A stretch of DNA of 64,000 bases from Octopus sinensis (Eukaryota): contig NC_042997.1 of NCBI RefSeq assembly GCF_006345805.1, forward strand, positions 76,880,001-76,944,000, written 5' to 3'. Shown here in pieces: positions 55,701 through 64,000 of the stretch. Both the position numbers and the translations under genes were made by a program. The notes beneath the pieces are model-generated. The model did no database searches. It saw nothing but the letters and a program-made list of their open reading frames with translations, and was not told the origin of the DNA. The number at the start of each line of letters is the position of its first letter. The first letter of the stretch is position 1.

Positions 55701-57315
55701 TATAAAACTAATAAGAAATATGCTTATTTTAACATTTTTCTTTACCTTGTTAACTGAGATTAAATTATGCCATCTTTTCTATTATGTTTTTCTCTAATGA
55801 TATATAGTAGTTTGCTGTATAGGCTTCCTCTTCTCATTGAAAATATTATGATTATGGATTTGCCACTCGATGCTATAATCAAATATTACTTTTTTGCTGG
55901 TTCCAACCAGTAAGCTGTTGTCATGCTGATATATATCATCTTAATTTACACTCATAATGAAGTAGAATTCTCATTTTTTTAAAACTAGTTTTGGCAAGAA
56001 CCATTGTATGAGAGAATAGATCCAGTTAATTTAATAAAGAAAAACAATAATATGGAGGATAAATTAGAATTGATATTTGTTTAGTGATTAGTTAGAGAGA
56101 ACATTTTGTTTCATATTAGATTATATTCTTATGAACCATTTATTATTTTTTTTGGTTTGGTTGCTTAGCTTTCTGTTTCCCTAATCATGAGGTTAATAAA
56201 AACCTCTCACTAGTTCTTTATCCAAAATTTTTTTTTAAATGTCAGATTTATGAAAATCTTTAGCTTTAACATTTTTCTGGCTTTTACAAGGCTAAAATTT
56301 ACTAAATCATGGAGAATTGCTTATATATTGCATTCACTGATAACACAGCTTGCCAAAGGATCACATCTTTGCTGGCTCCAAATCATCTTACTTAGGACAT
56401 CTTGTATCTACTTTCCCACTACGTATTATCTCCTCTGGGAATTGTTATTCAAATTCTACGCTATATAACACTCTGTTCTTGTTCTCAACATGTAATTATA
56501 TTGAAATATTGCTTGCAATATAATCACTAAATTTTATTTTTAAAAATCTCTATAGAAGTATTAATCAATGACATAACCTCTCTAGTGTTGGTGCTATGAG
56601 AAAATGCATTCAGTGCATTTTGTAAAGTGGTAGGCAATAGGAAGGGCATCCAGGTACAGAAACTAAGTCAAATATCATGTAAAAAAAAGCACCAGTCTGA
56701 GTGCAGTTGCTCTCAACAAGAAATTATTCAGACCATGATTCATTCAACCAATACTAGCATTGTTGCTCTCATAGACTGCTGGACACCCTTCCTATTTCCA
56801 ACCAATCACTTTACAAAATGTACTGGATGCATTCTCTCATGCTACCAATGCTAGTAAAAGAGATTTAAAAGTATTTTTAGGTTTAATGTGTAGATATAGG
56901 ATTATAAAGTTGGGTATATAGTTACAGTGGTGATAATCTAAATACTGAATTTTAGAGTAGCTTTGTAATAAAGTCCTATGTCTGAAATTTGAAATTGTTC
57001 CTTAAATAATGACACTGCTCTTTTTTGTTGAATAACATTAGATGTAGCTCTAAATATGCTATCAAAGACTAGGCCAACAGTTAGAATTGTTTCAATCATT
57101 GCTACTTTTTACAAGGATGTTGTTGCATTTCATAATGGAAATACTTTGATGGAAAATTAGATATTATATTTAATAATATTGTTTTAGATTTAGTTAACTT
57201 ACGTATTGCACTGAATATTTTGTAAGCAAAACAGTTCTGTAGTGCAGTAGAGATTGGTAATTTGCACAATTCTTGGCTTAAAACATTGAAATCGTTTTTA
57301 CATAATGTCATATAT

Positions 57316-58015
57316 ATGAAATGTAGGCGGCTGACTGGATGGATTCTTAGAACTTTTAGAAAAAGATACCTGGAAACCATGATGATCCGTTGGAGGACAC
57401 TTGTCCTAAGCCACTTTGACTATTGCTTTCAGCTATGGTCACCAACCAGTGTCAAATTAATCTCAGAACTTGAGGCAATCCAACGAAGCTACACGAAGAA
57501 GATAGCCTCTGTGCAGCATATAAGCTATTGGAAAAGACTCAAGAGATTAAGATTCTATTCCTTAGAGCATAGGCAAGAAAAATATGCCATAATATACATC
57601 TGGAAGGACTTGTCCCAAACTTTGGCATCGGGAGTTACACAAATACTAGAACTGGGCGCCACTGCATAGTGCCAAGGACTCCAAATTTGCCGTCAAGATG
57701 TAGGACAAGATACTGCAATAGCCTGGGCTTCAGAGGCCCACAGCTCTTCAATATCCTCCCGAAAGACCTGAGAGACCTGCATGGGGTGGATGTAGGTGTC
57801 TTCAAAATATAGCTGGACCTCTACCTGTCAGCTGTCCCAGATGAACCAACTTCGTGGCAGGAGGTGCAGATGAGGGCAACTGCATCAAACTCTCTCATGC
57901 ACCAAATGTCAATTGCTACAATGCATTTGTGAAGTAAAATCATGTAGCAACACCAAATGGCGGTGCCCCAGCATGGCCACAACTCGTGAGCTGAAACTAG
58001 ATGAAATAAAAAAAA
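57316..58015 (+). mobile_element. 5'-truncated CR1 copy (ORF2 C-terminus and 3' UTR)
   Basis: MKCRRLTGWILRTFR...LSHFDYC...LEAIQRSYTKKIAS matches the full copy; same 3' hairpin, with an A-rich tail. Confidence 0.9.
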
Positions 58016-58185
58016 AAATGAAAATAGTTCTGGGGTAAAGAGAGAACATGTCTTTTTCAATCATTCCATGAGATGAATAAAAATTTTGATAGCCTTACAT
58101 GTCTATTTTTTTTCAATTTATCTCAGGCAGTTTTGCAGTACACACTTTCTGAGCAGTAAAGAAAATATATATATTCACTATTTGT

Positions 58186-58860
58186 ATAAACAAGAAATGA
58201 AGCTGCCTAAAGCTCATGTTTCTAAGATTTATATATTGATACTGTTTGAACCAATTACATTTCTTCCTCTATGTTTTGGACTATGTAATTATTACATGCA
58301 TTATGACATACATTTTAGAAAGATACAAATAGACACACACATATATCTTTTACCTGTTTCAGTCATTAGACTGTGGCCATGCTGGGGCACTGCCTTGGAT
58401 TTTTTTAGTCGAATGAATCAACCCCAGTACTTATTTTTTAAACCTGGTGCTTATTCTATCGGTCTCTTTTGTCAAGTGGTGGTGGGGGACAAACATGATA
58501 TATATATTAGGTATGTGCCATCAGTAATTACTCAGGGCAGGCAGTTGGTGATGTTTATGTAGTAAAACAGGCAAGAAAATAAGCGAAACACAGGTGGATG
58601 ACTGAGCTGGAGGCAGAATTAATTCTGCCTTTATAGCATGTAAAGAAAACGTTCTAGGAATGTAAACAGCATGTGTACTACAGCAGTACTATATGTAGTT
58701 TTAATACTGAAATTGAAAGTCAGGGGCGAATTATGCCCACCTAATCTACAAAAAATAAGACATTTTGCATAAACAAGAAATGAAACTGCCTAAAGCTCAT
58801 ATTTCTAAGATTTATGTATTGATACGGTTTGAACCAATTACATCTCTTCCTCTGTGTTTG
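58186..58860. repeat. ~92-bp direct repeat pair (58186-58277 / 58769-58860)
   Basis: Six substitutions counted; 583-bp offset; a minus-strand CR1-tailed SINE fragment (about 58350-58450) lies between. Confidence 0.9.
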
Positions 58861-58959
58861 CCATAAAAGGAATATGTTACTTTCAATCTATTTTACTCAG
58901 GGTGAGCACTGCCTACCTTGCCTACCCAGGCGGCACATCCCTGATATATACACATATGT

Positions 58960-59105
58960 ATGATTGGCTTCTTTCAGTTTCCATCTACCAAATATACTCA
59001 CAAGGCTTTGGCTGTCCTGAGTCCATAGTTGAAGACACTTGCCCAAGGTGTTACACAGTGGGACTGAACCCAGAACCAAAGTGGTTGGGAAGCAAGCTTC
59101 TTACC
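58960..59105 (-). mobile_element. Family A SINE
   Basis: Reverse complement of the family A head and body. Confidence 0.7.
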
Positions 59106-59304
59106 AGTTATTTTTTAGCTATGTAATGGCACACATGCTTTACTCAGACTATTCTTTTCTTTTTCTCTGGACGTTTTCCTCTTGCCTCTTTCTGACAAGG
59201 AGCCATGCTCAAAACATCACACCCATCTTTTTTTTCCATCTTAAACTTTCTCTGAGCATGATGTCCTTTTGATTTTTGCTGTTTTTTTGCTTTCATTTTC
59301 AATC

Positions 59305-59351
<47 letters not shown>

Positions 59352-59980
59352 ATATATCTGTAGAATAATATGTGACAATTATTCAATAGTCAAGATAAAA
59401 TTCTGAGTTTCGGATGCCGAAGTGGAAATCCACAACACCATCTCTTCGGTTATCTGGCCATCTGAAAAACGGTATGAAAAAATACCTTTATATTTATGTG
59501 TTTACTCTGGTATATATATATATACACACACACATTCACACCATTCTGACCTTTAAAGACCAATCACCATATCCACTGAACCGTGAAAGAGAAGCAAAAT
59601 CTTCTTTTCAATTCCACATTGCTCTTCCTTCCACTCACCCAAACACACCTAAACTGTCCCTTGAAAGTAGAAAATAGTCTTTTTCAGTAAAATTGTGAAA
59701 TAGGTCAGTTGATCCTAAATTCTTTGTAAACTAAATATATCTGGAATGGTTGTATACTGTCAAACATGACAGTAGGGGGTTACAGAGATTTAGAAATTTA
59801 ATATTTCTGATAAATATATCTCTTTCTCTGTAAATATATATATATACTACCAAAATATGACCTTTTTGAACTTATAATTTTCTGTGTATATTTATAGATA
59901 CTTCCAAACAAACATGATTTTTAATGTAATCCTAATAGGTTTTTATGAACTTGTTAATAATTTCTCAAAAAAACTTTTTC

Positions 59981-60160
59981 TGTAAACTGTTTTTAACATC
60001 TTGTTATTATTACCAAAGAATGTATATAAGTATTGCAACATTTTGTGCCCAATATTTTAATGAACTTTTTTATATTTTCCCAAGATTTTTCCTTGTAAAC
60101 TGTTTTTAACATGTTATTATTATCAAAGAATGTATATATGTATTGTAATATTTTGTGACA
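59981..60160. repeat. Imperfect tandem duplication, period 113 bp
   Basis: tgtaaactgtttttaacat...aaagaatgtatata.gtattg.aa.attttgtg at 59981 and 60094. Confidence 0.8.
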
Positions 60161-60359
60161 GCCAGTACCTAACACAACAAAGCTTTTACATATTACTTTT
60201 GACAATCTTTTTCTAAAAAGGTGAAACCGGTCAAGTAAATAAACATCTTTTAAAATTGCATTTTCAAACCTTCTTTCATATATAATTCTACTCGTGCGGT
60301 ACCTTACAACTTCTGGATGCTAAACGATGATGATGATGATATGTGTGTGTGTGTATATA

Positions 60360-60527
60360 TATATACAATGGGCTTCTTTCAGTTTCCCTCTACCAAATCC
60401 ACTCACAAGACTTTGGTTGGCCCAAGGATATAGTAGAAGACACTTGCCCAAGGTTCCATGGAGTGGGTCTGAACCTGGAACTACATGGTTGGTAAGCAAG
60501 CTACTTACCACACAGCCACTCCTGCGC
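60360..60527 (-). mobile_element. Family A SINE
   Basis: gggcttctttcagtttcc...ccaaatccactcacaag...cttaccacacagccactcctgcgcc. Confidence 0.75.
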
Positions 60528-60567
60528 CTAAATATATTTATATAAAGTATGTGTCGGTGTGGGTGTG

Positions 60568-60625
<58 letters not shown>

Positions 60626-61365
60626 TGCACACACACACAGAAACTCAGACTCATATGTATGTGTAATTTTATATATTTATATAATCTTTTAATTGTAATT
60701 TAAAATTACAGAGATGTACTTGAATAGCAAGTGACCTGATCTGAGATTGTGTGCTGAAACAAAAACAATTGCAGCATGGCAAATTAAATTTAAATGTTGA
60801 AGGGAATCTAAGAGGTTTTGTGTGTTTTTTAAATGGCCTATAAAAACCTTTCGCACTATAATTGTTTATAATTTATAAGTATGCCTAGAAAAGAAGATCC
60901 ATCATTTGTCCAGCGTCCATGTATTTTTAAATATATCCCAACTTCTCATTGGGATTCAACAAATTTGAATCAAACTGTTTTGATCCAGGTTTATATATAT
61001 TTATAAGAGAGTTTGTGTGTGTGTGTATATGCACGTTCTTTATGCATTCGAAAACTGGGCTGCCAATTTAGATGTATGGCATATCAAAAGATTGAGTAAT
61101 CTTTCAATTACCAAATAAACTTTATTTTCATTGCATATTTTCTACATTATCCCAACGACCAGCTTTAGTTATTTGAAAGACACTGCTCAACAATGCCCAA
61201 GTTTCATTAGAAAGTGAAAATATTTTCACACTTTCAATTTGAACCAAAATTATAAAGTGTTGCATTACAAGAGTGATGACGTGTGAATAATGAAAGTAAT
61301 GTTTCTCTGAATTATTCACATCTGTACTATAATAAAGAAAGCTGCTTATCCTCTATCTATATATA

Positions 61366-62170
61366 TTGGTTCATTCCATAAGTAATCCAGTTTTTCCATT
61401 GGCATGAACTAAAAGTCAGAGGGGAGCAGGATAAACTACCTGCATCAACTTGCTATAAAAGCAGGTAGTAATTTTACCTTGTCCTTACTCTTAGTGCATG
61501 TTTTGAGCTGTGCAGTTCAATTTTAATAGTTATTTTTCAAAGCTATAATGGAAGTGACAAAAGAGCATATTTGGCATATTTTGCTTTATGAGTTCAGTAA
61601 AGTCAACAACAATGGAAATTGTGAGGAATATTAATGTAGTACATGGGGATTGGACAATAAACGTAAGCCTGTGTCAACTGTGCTTCCATAAATTCCGAGC
61701 CAGGATGTCCTGCAAGCCCTGGTGGAACAAAATCCCATTGTGACTGTTGAGGAACTGGCAGAGAAGCTTGGATTTGGTCATTCAACCAAGTCAGTGCTAG
61801 AAGGAAAATGATCGTCTTTGGTTTCAAGACGAAAAGTGTTCTTCCATCAGGATAATACTCAGCCACATAGAGTGAGGATGACATTCCAAATGCTGGAGCA
61901 GTTTGAATGGGAAACGATGCCCTACTCACCATATTTGCTGAACATTGTCCTATCTGATTATCATTTATTCTGTAGACAGTGTCAGAACGACAGTGGAGGA
62001 GTCTTTTTCATCATGGACAAGTGAATTTTGGAAGAGGGACCTTGGAAGTCTGGAAGAGCATTGGAGAAAATGCAGGAGAGTATATTTTAGATTAAAAAAG
62101 AGCTTTCTTTATCTTAATTTTGAAAAATAAAAGAAGTATAAAAAGCATATTATTTATGAGATGACCCAGT
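61366..62170 (+). mobile_element. Internally deleted mariner
   Basis: MEVTKEHIWHILLYEF start at 61548; VFFHQDNTQPH and WETMPYSPYLLNIVLSDYHLF; imperfect TIRs at both ends. Confidence 0.75.
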
Positions 62171-62554
62171 GTAAAGGCTACAAAATAAACTATGTTTTGA
62201 GCACAACTCTTTTTCACTTCTAAAATAATGTTGGAAACAAGGTCTGGCTGCACAATTTTGAGGTCATTTTCAGGCAATATTTCAATTTGCTTCTAATGTT
62301 TCATTTCCATTCAATATTTCACTCATGCATAGAATTCTACTCAGACAAGCATTTATGAAAATGTACACATAAATAAGCCACAACCAAAAAAATTTCATTA
62401 AAAGACATCCTATATATGTCTATATGTTATGAAGAAATACAGTTACTCACTCTCACTCCCTCACATGTACACATACATACAAAAAAGATGTATGCATATG
62501 TATTTATGAAGGATAATGTATGTGTGTTTGTGTGAGAGTTCATGCCATTTTACA

Positions 62555-63170
62555 CCTACATGCAAAAAAGTACATACATGACAACACATGCCTTCACTCA
62601 CTCACTCACTCTATCTCTCTTTCTCACACACACACACGTCCATTTCATATATACATACATACATCTTTCACTTTCTCCTCTCGTTCACTTTCTCCTCTCA
62701 CTTCAAAGCAAATGTCACCTTTTCACTTCCCTCATCTCTTTCAATTTAAATATTTAAAGAAACAAGGAGAGAAAATAAAGAATTTGTAGTGGCTAGTGAT
62801 CTATCATGGTGAAGGCCGGACAGAGTGTGTGTGTGTATAAATAAAAAAATTCATTTTTTTTTGTATATGAAAATTAACATTTTTTATTAAATATATTTGG
62901 ATGGAACCTATCTCTAATTTTTATATGTACACTATGTTTTTTTACATGATTTTATTTTGCACAGTAGTCTCTGGAATGTATCAAAATGAGAATTGAGTGT
63001 ACATGCAAAAACTTACAACAACACACACCTTCAATATTTTACTCACTCTCTCTTTCTCACATATGCACACATCGATTTCATATACACATACAGACATCTT
63101 TCACTTTCTACTCTCGCTTAAAGGCAAATGTCACCTTTTCGCTTTCTCTGCTCTCTTCGATATAAACTTA
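62555..63170. repeat. Imperfect ~190-bp direct repeats
   Basis: tacatgcaaaaa...catctttcactttct...aaa(g)caaatgtcaccttttc at about 62557 and 62999. Confidence 0.65.
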
Positions 63171-63438
63171 AAAGGAATTTCTTCCAGAAACACTGTCCTT
63201 TACCTGTTGTTTCTAACATGTCCGATTTATTTCCTAAATTTTTGCTGATTCCTATGTTTTCAATTCAGGAGATTAAGATTTCGCTTACAAAACATGTTCT
63301 CAATATTTTTATTTTATCCTTCCCCACACCAATTTCTTCATTTTTTTTACTTTCTTGCGAAATTTTTTTCTTGGTAATCCACGGAGAGAAAAAAACAGAG
63401 AGTACGAATCTTTAAGAATTTTCTTCTTCCTTTTTTCT

Positions 63439-63742
63439 TAAAGAAACACTAAAATCTCCTTCCCAAACATTCACCCATCACCTCACCACTTTCAAAAAGC
63501 TACACTTTTAGCTTTTTGGAAAGTGGGGAAGTTTCTTCAGAAATAATGTCGTTTACGTGTTGTTTCTAGCATGTTGGGTTTTGTGGTGTTGGCCTGATAT
63601 TTTTTATGTCTGCTAATTCAGTACAATTCTATGCATGCATAAAATATTAGGCAACAATGAAACATTGGCTGTTTTTAGCTTTTTGAAAGTGGGTTGGTGG
63701 TGGGTGGGTGAGGTTGGGATAGGGGCATTGAGTGTTTCTTTA
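63439..63742. repeat. Imperfect ~65-bp inverted repeat pair
   Basis: Arms 63439-63502 and 63676-63742; perfect 17-bp core CCACTTTCAAAAAGCTA and 12-bp outer TAAAGAAACACT. Confidence 0.75.
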
Positions 63743-64000
63743 TGAAAAATTAAACTTTAAAAGAAAATATATTTCCCAGATTCATAAACTCTGTATTTTT
63801 CTACATGGGTAAAAAAAAAAAAAATTCAAAAGAGTTACAAATTAAGAAATTGCAGTGGGGACGGGGGGAATTGACATTTCGAAAATGTGATTCCTGGGTA
63901 AAATCATATTAACCTCCTTTTATACGATGAAGCAATACATAGATTATGATCTTTCTTTTGTGCAAACCCATACAAATTGTACCCTTCCCCACTTCACCTT

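Overview
AT-rich, repeat-dominated eukaryotic DNA with no prokaryotic features and no host gene that I can support. The kilobase TA/TG microsatellites and the recurring SINE, RTE and CR1 tails suggest a cephalopod (octopus-like) genome; this is inference from repeat signatures only. Main contents: a complete hAT (Charlie-type) transposon with 16-bp TIRs and an 8-bp TSD (721-3575); a decayed Ty3/Gypsy element with both LTRs, inserted into a SINE (10184-14036); a non-autonomous Helitron enclosing a LINE-ORF1-like fragment (17995-19715); a 72-bp perfect inverted repeat whose arms each carry a hammerhead-ribozyme motif (19835-21665); an apparently full-length CR1 LINE (about 23003-27030) whose ORF1 has Myb/SANT-like and CCCH-like motifs; adjacent ~156-bp and ~332-bp tandem arrays joined to an RTE tail (35683-39926), with a 100-N gap whose flanks duplicate each other; a perfect spacerless 476-bp palindrome (45724-46199); several mariner copies, a piggyBac-like element and many SINE/LINE fragments. 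Most long ORFs in the supplied track are microsatellite artefacts. Boundaries of degenerate fragments are approximate, and all family assignments are by eye without database searches.
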